Shown in pieces: positions 22,753-32,766 of a DNA stretch of 64,000 bases. Position 1 is the stretch's first letter. Each line of letters starts with the position of its first letter. The notes below the pieces were generated by a model. It was given only the letters and a program-made list of their open reading frames with translations, had not been told where the DNA came from and did no database searches. This DNA is from an uncultured Phycisphaerales bacterium (GTDB taxonomy: Bacteria; Planctomycetota; Phycisphaerae; Tepidisphaerales; Tepidisphaeraceae): positions 384,001 to 448,000 of the forward strand of contig CAWJPJ010000006.1 in assembly GCA_963844715.1 (NCBI GenBank). The letters are read 5' to 3'. The position numbers and the translations under genes are program-made.

Positions 22753-22783
22753 TTTATTCGCAATACTCATCGCTTGTTAAAAG

Positions 22784-22903
22784 CATTGGCACAGAGGACG
22801 CAGAGACCACAGAGGGCACAGAGAAATACTTTTTATTTTCTCGTCCGTGCCTTTACCGCACTCCTCTGTGCCCTCTGTGATCTCTGTGTCCTCTGTGCTA
22901 ATG
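22784..22903. repeat. REP-like long palindrome built from (CACAGAG)n-type units between convergent genes
   Basis: CATTGGCACAGAGGACGCAGAGACCACAGAGGGCACAGAG ... CTCTGTGCCCTCTGTGATCTCTGTGTCCTCTGTGCTAATG. Confidence 0.85.
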
Positions 22904-22932
22904 ATTTTGTGCATACCGCAGGGCAGATCGGA

Positions 22933-23974
22933 TTAATCCTCGTCACCGAGCGAAAACTTGGCCGGCATTTTTGAATAAATGAATAGGAAGTAGCACCCGG
23001 CGAGAATCACGCCGGGGATCCACCACATGAGGGCTAATCTAAGGCTGTCGGTGGGGGCGGCTGCGCTGGCGACGGTGAGGCCGTTTGCGGCGATTCGGGC
23101 GGGTAATACGTAGGGGTAAATTCCGAACGCCGCGCTACCCAATACCGCATAAAGAGCGCCTGAGGAGGCCAGATACGCCCGGCCGGCGTGGCCTTGTTGG
23201 CGACATGGCTCTGGTGCGGATGATCGCCCCGACAGCCAAAAGCGGCAGGACGATGCCCCACCAATGGGCGCGGATATTTATGCGCACCTGCGGCTGGAGG
23301 ATGGTGCTGGTCACGACGCAAACGATCAGGGCGATCACCATGGCCAGCCACAGATCATCGGCGACTTTTGTCGCGCGCTCCTGGACCGGGCCATCGGTAT
23401 ATCGAACGAGCCAGAGGGCGCCGTGATGGGCCAGGGCGATGAGGGCGGTCACGCCGACGAGGATGGTGAACCAGTCGAGGATTCCTGTTTGATCGCTGAC
23501 TCGGAAGTTGGTCCAGAGGGCTTCGAAGAAGGTGCCGCCCGTTTCATCGAAGGGGACGCCGCGGACGAAATTGCCCAGGGCGGCTCCGAGGCAGACCGCG
23601 AGCAGGATGCTGGAGATGAAAAACACCACATCCCAGAACCGGGTCCAAAGGGGGTCGGCGATTCGATCGCGCAATTCGATCGCGATTCCACGGCCCATGA
23701 GCAGCCAGAGCACCAGCATGATGGCGAGGTAGAACCCGCTGAGCGATTCGGCCAGCAGTCGCGGGAAGGCGAGGACCATCGTGCCGCCGATGACGACGAG
23801 CCAGACTTCGTTGGGTTTCCAGACCTGGTGAATGGATTGAAGGACCTGGCGGCGCTGGTTTTCATCGCGGCCGACGAAAAAGTAGAGAATTCCCACCCCG
23901 ATGTCGGTACCGCCGAAAGCGACGAAAGTCGCCAGGGTGATCCAGAAGAGGCAGAACCAGAGGGTTGCCATCAT
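22933..23974 (-). CDS. cydB: Cytochrome bd ubiquinol oxidase subunit II; frameshift near 23170
   Basis: GTDIGVG, VWKPNEVWLV, LGNFVRGVP; C-terminus in ORF 22933-23142. Confidence 0.88.
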
Positions 23975-25328
23975 GCACCCCCCGTTTGAAGCGCCGGTTC
24001 GGGGGCGCGGGCAGATTCAGGGCCGGCGTGGATGATGAGCGTCATCACGAAGAAATAGACAAAGGTGAGAAAGAGATAGAGGCCCATGAAGCCGAGCAGG
24101 GAGAACCAGACGTTTCCGGTCGAGACGTTTTGGGAGTAGCCGTCGGTGGTGCGCATAATCTGATAGATGATCCAAGGTTGGCGGCCGAGTTCGGCGGTGC
24201 ACCAGCCGGCCGTGTTGGCGATGAATGGAAACGGCAATGCGAGCATCAAAATCCACAGGACCCAGCGGGTATAGTAAAGCCTTCTGAGCAGCAGTAGCAG
24301 GAAGCTCAGCGACATGATCGCCATGAACATCGTTCCCAGGCCGACCATGATGTGATAGGCGAAGTAGAGCGGCGGGACGAAATCCGGCCACTGGTCGCGG
24401 GGAAAATCTTCGAGGCCGACGACCTTGCCCGTCCAGCGCTTATGGGTAAGAAATGAAAGGACGTGCGGCAGGATGATCGGATTGTCGATGGTCATCGTCT
24501 GCATGTTGGGCTGCCCGATCATGACGAGGGAGGCGCTCTCCTGCGTGTGGAAATGACCCTCCATCGCGGCGAATCCGACCGGCTGATACTTATAAACCTG
24601 CTTGGCGACCAGATCGCCCGTGGGCACGGCGGCCATGATGCTCGCGATGAATCCGACGAAAACGGACAGACCCAGGCATTTCGCGCAAAATCGAGATGGT
24701 GCCCGCGGAGAAGGTAGTAGCCGGCGAGGCTGGCCATCAAGAAGCAGCCGGTGATGACGGTGCCGACGACGACGTGAAAGTATTCGACGATCGCCCAGGG
24801 ATTGTTCAGCAGTCCCCAGATGGAGGTGAGGGCGATGCGATGATCGGGGAGAATTTCAAAAGCGACGGGGTGCTGCATCCAGGCGTTGGTGCAGACAATG
24901 AAATACGCGCTGAGCCACGCCCCGACGAAGACCAGGAAAGCGGCGACCCAATGCCCGAATTGGCCGAGGCGTTTTTCGCCGTAGAGAAGGGAATAGAGAA
25001 AGGCGGATTCGAGGAAGAAGGCGAAGACGCCTTCCATGCCGAGGGTTTGGCCGATGACTCCCCCCGCCGTGGCGGAGAATCGCGCCCAGTTGGTGCCGAA
25101 TTGGAATTCCATGGGGATGCCGGTGACGACGCCCATGATGAAGCTGACGCCGAGCACTTTGGTCCAGAAGCGGACGGCTCGATTCGCGGTTTCGTCGCCC
25201 GTTAATAGAGACTTCGATTTCAGAAGGAAGATCAATAGGCCCAGACCCATTGTGATCTGGGGGAAGATGTAGTGGTAGATGATGGTGAAAGCGAATTGCT
25301 GACGATGAGCCAGGGCTTGAAAATCCAT
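23971..25328 (-). CDS. cydA: Cytochrome bd ubiquinol oxidase subunit I (short Q-loop); frameshift near 24690
   Basis: RQQFAFTIIYHYIFP, GVVTGIPMEFQFGTNW, NAWMQHP, AAMEG, GWCTAELGRQPW. Confidence 0.93.
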
Positions 25329-25431
25329 GGCGAATTGTCCTTGCTGGTCCGACGTCGAAACAGCGTATGTCTTCGGCCTTCGCCAAACAAGTTTCATAGC
25401 GCGCGGTGCGACAGGGGAGCGGTCTCCTCTG

Positions 25432-25536
25432 CCCCCTCTCCCTGTACTCGGGGAGAGGGCAGGGGTGAGGGGCGATTGGCGCAGTTCGAGCGCACGCCCC
25501 TCACCCTATCCCTCTCCCCGAGTACAGGGAGAGGGG
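25432..25536. repeat. REP-like palindrome (CCCCTCACCCT..CCCTCTCCC type), head-to-head pair
   Basis: CCCCTCTCCCTGTACTCGGGGAGAGGGCAGGGGTGAGGGGCG ... CGCCCCTCACCCTATCCCTCTCCCCGAGTACAGGGAGAGGGG. Confidence 0.88.
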
Positions 25537-26793
25537 ACAAAGGGGCGGCGCAAGACGGAGCGAAAGTGGAATCGCCAGGCCGATGGCGATCGCGGCGGTT
25601 AACAGAATTGTGTAGACGATCAGGGAGATCATCTGTGCGATCAATGCCGGCGAGCTGACGCCGCCCGAATGCATAATTTGCAAACTAGCGGCGACGGCTT
25701 TGAAGGCGTAGGAGCCGGGGACCATGGCGACGACGCCGGGGAAGGCAAACGTGGCGGGCGGGGCGGCGAACTTAGTTGCGAAAATGTGGGCGAGAATTCC
25801 GGCGGCGAGGGAGCCGATTATGGTTCCCACGACGATGTCGACGCCGAGATGCCCCAGAAGTGTGCGCAGAGTGTGGCTGCACAGGCCGCAGACGACGCAC
25901 GCCCAGGCGATTTTTTTGGTGACGTTGAAGAGAAGGACGTAGCCGACGGTTGCCAGGGCGGAAAAGAGGGCGTCCTGGGCGATGGGAAGGAGCGGCGTCG
26001 CGCCGGAGGTGGGAAACTCGATTCCGGTGGCGACCGTGGCGATCATGAGGCCGAATGCGATCGCCGCGACGACGAGGAGCGCCGAGGCGAGGCGCGCGAG
26101 GCTGAGACTCATGCTGTTATGAATGGCGTCGCGGATGCTGTTGATGAGGGGCACGCCGGGGACGAGGATCATGCCGGGGGCGATGAGGCAGAGTGCGGCT
26201 GCGGGGACCGGATGCACGCGCATGGCGATCCCCCCTACCGCTCCGCCCGAAAGAGCGGCGAAGAACGTGACGGCCAGGGGATGAATATGCCGGCGGCGGA
26301 GTTGGTGCTGGAGGAGAATGGCCACGGTTCCCGCCAGAAAAGACGCGGCGAAGATGACTTTGCCCCCGCCGAAAAGCCAGGAGAGAGAGGCGGCGGTGAG
26401 ACCCAGAGCGAGTGCGACGAGCCAGCCGGGATAGAGAGGGCGTTTTTGTTCGACGGCATCGAGGCGGGCTCGCGCTTGCTCGACATCGAGCGCGCCCCGG
26501 GCCGCGTCATCGGAAATCTGGTTTAATGCTTGTACCGCCGCCATGTCGACGATCATTCCTTCGATGTGCGAGCCGACTTTGGTGCGGAATTCGCCGCCGG
26601 AGATGACCGTGAGCAAAAGCGCTTCGTAGGTGACGAGCAGATGGGTCTCGAATCCCAAGCCCCGCGCGAACTGCTCGACGGCGGCCTGCACGCGGGCGGT
26701 ATCGGCGCCATTCACCAGCAGATTTCGGCCGAGGACCAGGGCCAGATGCGCCACGTCTTCCGCGCCGGCGGCCTTGGGCGGAACTTCCTGCAT
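25501..26793 (-). CDS. ThrE-family threonine/serine (or succinate) exporter, fused two-domain form; alternative GTG start at 26817
   Basis: LLVNGADTARV, LVPGVPLINSIRD, MVPGSYAF, about 10 TMs. Confidence 0.85.
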   Translation of the reverse strand: MQEVPPKAAGAEDVAHLALVLGRNLLVNGADTARVQAAVEQFARGLGFETHLLVTYEALLLTVISGGEFRTKVGSHIEGMIVDMAAVQALNQISDDAARGALDVEQARARLDAVEQKRPLYPGWLVALALGLTAASLSWLFGGGKVIFAASFLAGTVAILLQHQLRRRHIHPLAVTFFAALSGGAVGGIAMRVHPVPAAALCLIAPGMILVPGVPLINSIRDAIHNSMSLSLARLASALLVVAAIAFGLMIATVATGIEFPTSGATPLLPIAQDALFSALATVGYVLLFNVTKKIAWACVVCGLCSHTLRTLLGHLGVDIVVGTIIGSLAAGILAHIFATKFAAPPATFAFPGVVAMVPGSYAFKAVAASLQIMHSGGVSSPALIAQMISLIVYTILLTAAIAIGLAIPLSLRLAPPLCPLSLYSGRGIG

Positions 26794-26813
26794 GGAAATG
26801 TCGTTAGCGATTT

Positions 26814-28220
26814 TCACTTTTCGACGGCGACGTAGGGGTGCACCATTTTTGCTGGATCGACGACGCGATCGAACTCGGCTTCGCTGACATAGCCGAGTTT
26901 CAGGGCGGCCGCTTTGAGCGTCAGATCGTGATCTACGGCGTAATGGGCGATCTTGGACGCCTTGTCGTAGCCAATGACCGGCGCCAGAGCCGTGACGAGC
27001 ATGAGGGAGCGCTCGACGTATTCGGCGATTTTCTTCAGATTCGGCTGGGTGCCCTCGATGAGGAACTTGCGGAAGTTGGTGCACCCGTCGGTTAAAAGAG
27101 TAATCGACTCGGCAATGTTGGCGATCATGAGGGGCTTATAAACGTTCATTTCCAGATAGCCGCCTGCGCCCCCGAAGCCGACGGCGACATCGGTGGCCAT
27201 GACCTGGACGGCGAGCATCGTCAGGGCTTCGGCCTGAGTGGGGTTGACCTTGCCGGGCATGATAGACGAGCCGGGCTCATTCTCGGGGATGTGCAACTCG
27301 GCGAAGCCGGCGCGCGGGCCGCAGGACATCAGGCGGATGTCGTTGCCGATTTTATACAACGAGGCGGCAAGCGTGCGAAGCGTGCCTGAGAGATGGACCA
27401 GGGCATCGTGCGAACCCTGGACGGCGAACTTGTTGGGGGCGCTGATAAACGGGAGGCGCGTGAATTTTGCGATTTCGGTGCAGGCCGCCTCGGCGAATCC
27501 CGGCGCGGCGTTGATCCCGGTTCCAACAGCGGTTCCGCCAAGCGCGAGTTTGTATACGCCGGGAAGGGCCGCGGCGAGGCGTTCCAGATCGTCGGAAAGC
27601 ATTCCGACATACCCGGACCACTCCTGGCCGAGAGTGATCGGCGTGGCGTCCTGCATATGGGTGCGGCCGATCTTGACGATGTTCTCCCAATCCCGCGCCT
27701 TGGCGGAGATTGCATCTCGCAACGCAGTCACGGCGGGAATCAATCGCTGGTTTACATTCAAAGCACCGCCATATACATCGCCGACGGGAACGTGTCGTTC
27801 GACGATTGCGACATGTTCACGTGATCGTTGGGATGGACCGGGCGACTTGCTGCCCAGCGGCGTGTCGGCTAGCTGGCAACATCGGTTGGAAATCACTTCA
27901 TTGACATTCATGTTGAACTGCGTGCCGCTGCCGGTCATCCAGACGTGGAGGGGAAACATGTCATGGTGCTGGCCGGCGAGAATTTCGTCGCAGACGCCGA
28001 CGATGAGGTTGACGGCGGTGTCGTTCAACCGGCCGCCGGCGTGATTGGCCACGGCGGCGGAGCGTTTGAGGATCGCATAGGCGGTGATCATCTCCCGGGG
28101 GATAAGGTCTTGGCCGATGCTGAAATGCTCTAAAGAGCGCTGGGTTTGAGCGCCCCAAAGTTTGTCGGCGGGGACTTGAACATCTCCCAGGCTGTCGGTT
28201 TCGGTTCGAAAGTCTGCCAT
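26814..28220 (-). CDS. fumC: Class II fumarate hydratase; two compensating indels near 27770-27840
   Basis: [52 protein letters not shown]; the [18 protein letters not shown] segment is in a shifted frame. Confidence 0.95.
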   Translation of the reverse strand: MADFRTETDSLGDVQVPADKLWGAQTQRSLEHFSIGQDLIPREMITAYAILKRSAAVANHAGGRLNDTAVNLIVGVCDEILAGQHHDMFPLHVWMTGSGTQFNMNVNEVISNRCCQLADTPLGSKSPGPSQRSREHVAIVERHVPVGDVYGGALNVNQRLIPAVTALRDAISAKARDWENIVKIGRTHMQDATPITLGQEWSGYVGMLSDDLERLAAALPGVYKLALGGTAVGTGINAAPGFAEAACTEIAKFTRLPFISAPNKFAVQGSHDALVHLSGTLRTLAASLYKIGNDIRLMSCGPRAGFAELHIPENEPGSSIMPGKVNPTQAEALTMLAVQVMATDVAVGFGGAGGYLEMNVYKPLMIANIAESITLLTDGCTNFRKFLIEGTQPNLKKIAEYVERSLMLVTALAPVIGYDKASKIAHYAVDHDLTLKAAALKLGYVSEAEFDRVVDPAKMVHPYVAVEK

Positions 28221-28527
28221 GGGCCGCTCCCATCGGAACTTACGATTGGAATTGGGTACAGAATTGTTTTAACGGTTGCGCCGGCGGATATCCTAACAAA
28301 GGGGGAAGTGGCCGCGAACGCTTTTTTTGCTTGGACGGGAAATTTCGCAAACCGAGCAAGAGCGGGATTTGTTGGTATTTATTCGATTGACAGTCAAACG
28401 CCTAAGAAATTACTTTGCGGGTCGGACTTGATCGAGCTGCGCTTTTGTTGACTTGGAATTGAGATAAGTTGCCGATCGGAATTGTCGGGCGTTCTCTGCA
28501 TTTGGGTCTGGCGTAACGGAGAGAGCG

Positions 28528-29637
28528 ATGGGTAGCGAGCTAGAGCCGAAGGCCGCCGCGCCACGTGCCTCATCGATCCATGCGAACCCGTTGGGGCGTC
28601 TGGCGCTCGTCGGCGTCATCATCGCCGCAGTGGCGGGCGTCTTTTTGTATTTGGGGGGATGGCTGTCGCCAAACGATTTGACGCCAACAAAATTCGCCGA
28701 CGCGTTTCAGGCGGCAGATGGGGTTCATCCGGGATTCCGTCGCAATCACGCCAAGGGCGTTTGCGTTTCGGGTTACTTCGAGAGCAATGGAAATGGCGTC
28801 GAGATTTCCAGGGCGAGCGTGTTCCGTGCCGGCCGGTCTGAGGTTGTCGGTCGATTTTCGCTATCGGGCGGAATGCCCGCTCAGGCGGACACCAACGGAC
28901 AAGTTCGCGGACTCGGATTGCAATTGACGTCCGCGGATGGCGAGATTTGGCGGACGGCGATGGTGAATCTTCCAGTTTTCCCGTTTGGCACGCCGAAGGC
29001 GTTTTACGACCATCTCGTGGCCACCATTCCGGACCCGGCAACGGGGAAACCCGACCCGGAAAAGTTGAAAGCATTTCTGGCCTCGAACCCGGAGACCATG
29101 GCCGCGTTTGGGATCATCGAGAGTCATCCGCCCTCGGCCGGATTCGCGGACAGCACGTTCTATGGGTTGAACGCGTTTATCTTCACCAACGCCGGGGGCC
29201 AGTCGGTGCCCGTGCGCTGGGTTTTTTCGCCGGCGGAACCATTTCCCGGTGGACAGTCGAGCGATCCGAATTATCTCTTCGACGCGCTGATCGCGCGGAT
29301 TTACCGAGCCCCTTTGCAATGGCATCTCATGCTGATCGTTGGCCAGCCCGGCGATCCGACCGATGACGCCACCCTGCCTTGGCCCGATTCCCGGCGGCAG
29401 ATCGATGCCGGAACGCTGACTATCGACGGCATACAAAGCGAAGACGCCAGCCCGACTGCGCTGCTTAATTTCGATCCGCTGGTCTTGCCGGACGGGATTG
29501 CACCGTCGGACGATCCGCTGCTGAGCGCGCGGTCGGCGGTCTATTCCGAATCATTCACTCGGCGCTCGGGCGAGCAAAAAACGCCCAGCGCCGTGACGCC
29601 GGCGGAAGTCGCGGCACCCGGGGCTGCACCGCATTAG
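28528..29637 (+). CDS. Catalase-related heme peroxidase (SrpA-like) with N-terminal membrane anchor
   Basis: HPGFRRNHAKG, VVGRFS, SDDPLLSARSAVYSESFTRR. Confidence 0.9.
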   Translation: MGSELEPKAAAPRASSIHANPLGRLALVGVIIAAVAGVFLYLGGWLSPNDLTPTKFADAFQAADGVHPGFRRNHAKGVCVSGYFESNGNGVEISRASVFRAGRSEVVGRFSLSGGMPAQADTNGQVRGLGLQLTSADGEIWRTAMVNLPVFPFGTPKAFYDHLVATIPDPATGKPDPEKLKAFLASNPETMAAFGIIESHPPSAGFADSTFYGLNAFIFTNAGGQSVPVRWVFSPAEPFPGGQSSDPNYLFDALIARIYRAPLQWHLMLIVGQPGDPTDDATLPWPDSRRQIDAGTLTIDGIQSEDASPTALLNFDPLVLPDGIAPSDDPLLSARSAVYSESFTRRSGEQKTPSAVTPAEVAAPGAAPH

Positions 29638-29649
29638 GGAGATTGCGCA

Positions 29650-30234
29650 ATGGCTGAATCGCGAGTCCAATTTACGATGCCGATGCGAATTCTGCATTGG
29701 GTCATTGCCGCGATGGTCCTCGCCATGCTGGGAATCGGCGTCGCCATGGTGACTTCACTGGGCAGTTACCATGTCTTGATCTCCATTCATCGCCCGCTGG
29801 GCATCGGGATTCTCATTCTCGCATGCGTGAGACTGGTCACGCGGCTTTTGAGCCCCCTGCCGCCCTTCCCCTCTACCGTCCCCCCGCGGGAGCGCGTCGT
29901 GGCGGAGGCATCCGAATACATCATGTACGCCCTGCTTTTTGCCATGCCGCTGATTGGTTGGGGAATGCTCTCGGCGGCGCGATACCCGATCATCATGTTC
30001 GGCTCCGTGCGCCTGCCTTATATCCTGCCGCATAGCCCGATGCTTTACTGGTGGCTCCGCAAGGCACATACCGTGTTGGCGTATCTTTTTTTTGTCGTTT
30101 TCATGGGCCATTTCAGCGCGGTACTATTTCATACGCTGGTGATCCGTGACGGCTTGCTGCTGCGGATGGTTCCGTGGTCCGCGCGGCCGCCTTCCGCTGC
30201 AGCATCCACGGCGACGAATTCCGCAGAGAGATGA
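29650..30234 (+). CDS. Cytochrome b561 family protein
   Basis: RILHW, IHRPLG, AHTVLAY, GHFSAVLFH; four TMs; typical partner of SrpA-like peroxidases. Confidence 0.88.
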   Translation: MAESRVQFTMPMRILHWVIAAMVLAMLGIGVAMVTSLGSYHVLISIHRPLGIGILILACVRLVTRLLSPLPPFPSTVPPRERVVAEASEYIMYALLFAMPLIGWGMLSAARYPIIMFGSVRLPYILPHSPMLYWWLRKAHTVLAYLFFVVFMGHFSAVLFHTLVIRDGLLLRMVPWSARPPSAAASTATNSAER

Positions 30235-30314
30235 AACTGTACAAATCAGTGGCCGTCGCGACGATGACAGGCCTAGGATAAAGCCGCAGCATTTCATTTA
30301 CAGGAGAAAGAGTC

Positions 30315-30835
30315 ATGCCTAAGACTGCATCGAATCATCGGAACCGGACGCATGCCATGGACGAGATCCCGACGGATCTCGATCACAAGGGGGTTGGAGA
30401 GATCACGGCTGATCTGAAGCGATTGCTCGCCGATACGTTTGCGCTGTATATGAAGACCAAGAATTTTCATTGGCACATGACCGGCGCGCATTTCAGGGAC
30501 TACCACCTGCTGCTGGATGAGCACGCCGACCAGATTTATGCGATGACGGATGATCTCGCGGAGCGCGCCGCAAGATTGGCGGGACTACGCTGCGCTCCAT
30601 CGGCGACATCGCCCGCCATCAGCGCATCGGCGACAGCGACAGCCCGAATTTGTCCGCCAAAGAGATGCTCGAGGAACTCAGCACGGACAATCAGGCGCTG
30701 ACGCGCTATTTCCGCGCGACCCACGCAATCTGCGACAAGTACAACGACGTCGCGACGGCGAGCATGATCGAAGTCTGGATCGACCAGACCGAGCGGCGAA
30801 CCTGGTTCCTATCGGAAATCGTGGAAGGGTTGTAA
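30315..30835 (+). CDS. dps: Dps DNA-protection protein; frameshift near 30570
   Basis: LYMKTKNFHWHMTGAHFRDYHLLLDE, DDLAER, DVATASMIEVWIDQTERRTWFL. Confidence 0.92.
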
Positions 30836-30905
30836 GACCCACGACGACTGACGCGCTATCCGCGGAACGAAGTCGGTGCGCGGCGCCGGCGATAGGAGAT
30901 GCACG

Positions 30906-31100
30906 TGAAAACTTCGGGTAACACGATATTGATAACCGGAGGCGCGTCCGGAATTGGGCGCGGGCTTGCCGAGGCGTTTTCCGCGAAGGGGAACAAGGTG
31001 ATCATCGCGGGCGCCGTGAAAGTTTGCTGAAGGAAGTGGCGGCGGCGAATCCGGGGATGGCGTATGAAACGCTTGATACCACCGACCCGGATTCGATCCA
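30906..31100 (+). pseudogene. Truncated short-chain dehydrogenase (DltE-like) remnant
   Basis: [36 protein letters not shown], then [25 protein letters not shown]; no catalytic YxxxK follows. Confidence 0.65.
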
Positions 31101-31729
31101 TAATATTTTCCGAAAAGGTTACATCGCGATAACCGTCACTAAATGCGGTGATTTACAGCGCGGGGGTGATGAATGCCGAGAAGATCGGCCAGGCGGATGT
31201 TCCGACGAGCGAGGAGATCTTCAACGTTTGCGGATGCGAAATGGGGGGGCTCATATCTGAGGGCCATTCAAGTGAATTCCGGCGGGTTACGATCGGGGCA
31301 GCGCGCGGGCGGATGGGGTGCGACCCGAATCGTTACACTTTTAACAAATCGACTTGAACAAACTGTCCGCGATGGAATTTTAATTAGGTGGCCCACGATC
31401 TGAGTGAGGCGGTAGTGGGATGTAGAAGCATGGCTACCCACGCGGTCGCGAGGTACGCAGTTCCCTACAAGGTCGTACGTAAAGGAACTATTGAAATTCA
31501 TATCGTCCTTCGCCGATGGAAGATATTTTTCTGCGAGCGAATGCAAGCATTATTATTTTCTTTACCTGACCCAAGCCCGTTACTAAACTTCCCCAGCTAC
31601 AGAAGATTGGTCTAGGGCAGGATTTTTAAGGCGCGGTCGCAGGCGTTCGGCGTAAATTCATCTCACATATTATTTTCGCGGAGAGGCGATATTGCCGACA
31701 CGGTGCCGTGTTCCCCGGGGAGGGGTGCT

Positions 31730-32692
31730 ATGAAAAAGCTGATCTTGGGTTTAGGCGTCCTGACTTGCATCATTGGCCTAGGCTTTGACGGGGCGCGGGC
31801 ATCGGTGCTTCCGAACTACAACCTGGTCGTCTTCGGAAATCTGATGGACACGTCCGATGTGGAAGGGACGGCCATTATCGGTGGAAACTTCACGGGCACC
31901 GCGGCAAATTTCGGGACTTCGCTTAATCAGGCAACCACCGCAGGGACCGATGTGCTGACGATCGGAGGGAATCTCAACAGCGGCGCAACCGTGAACATCG
32001 AGGCGGGTGGAAATCTTCGCATCGGGGGAACCGTCAGCGGGAACGTGAACCTCAACGGGTCGGGCGGGTCGATCGTCCATGCGGCACCGCCAGTGAACAT
32101 GGCGACCCTGCAAACGCAAATGATCAATCTTTCGAATTCACTCAATTCGATGACGCCCAATAGCACCGTGACGCTCCCCGGCTCCCAGCCTTCCAACATC
32201 ACCTTCAACGCAACTTTTGTAAACGGCGTTGCAGTCTTTGACGTGTCGGCGTCACAAATCTTTGAGAACGCCAATGCGCAACAGATTCTGCTGAATGTGG
32301 GGTCGGCTTCGCCGACGGACAGCACGGTCATCATCAACGTCTCCGGCTCGGACATTAACTTCGACGATGGGAACATGGGAGCGGCGTTTGACGATTCATC
32401 CTGGGCGAGCCAGGTGCTTTGGAATTTCAACGGGGCAACCACGTTGAACATCGCCAATTCACTGGATGTGAATCGAGAATTGTGGGGCTCGGTCCTGGCC
32501 CCCAGCGCGATGACGACGCTGAGTTCCGACAGCCCGATCGATGGAACGGTGGTGGTGGGGAATGCCGATCTTCAGGGGGAAATTCATTTGCCGCAGTTTG
32601 ATGGATCGGTGCCCGTGCCTGAGCCGACGACGGGGGCGATTGTGGGGTTGGGCGGCCTGCTGATGTTGCGGCGGCGAAATGCGGCAAAATGA
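31730..32692 (+). CDS. Choice-of-anchor A domain protein with PEP-CTERM
   Basis: YNLVVFGNL..SDVEG, VIINVSG, VLWNF, GSVLAP, GEIH, VPEPTTGAIVGLGGLLMLRRR. Confidence 0.9.
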   Translation: MKKLILGLGVLTCIIGLGFDGARASVLPNYNLVVFGNLMDTSDVEGTAIIGGNFTGTAANFGTSLNQATTAGTDVLTIGGNLNSGATVNIEAGGNLRIGGTVSGNVNLNGSGGSIVHAAPPVNMATLQTQMINLSNSLNSMTPNSTVTLPGSQPSNITFNATFVNGVAVFDVSASQIFENANAQQILLNVGSASPTDSTVIINVSGSDINFDDGNMGAAFDDSSWASQVLWNFNGATTLNIANSLDVNRELWGSVLAPSAMTTLSSDSPIDGTVVVGNADLQGEIHLPQFDGSVPVPEPTTGAIVGLGGLLMLRRRNAAK

Positions 32693-32766
32693 TAGGTTGG
32701 GGGATGGATCTTGTCGGCCAACGAATTGGCTTCGGATGACAGGCAGGACGAGAGCTTCGCGAACTC

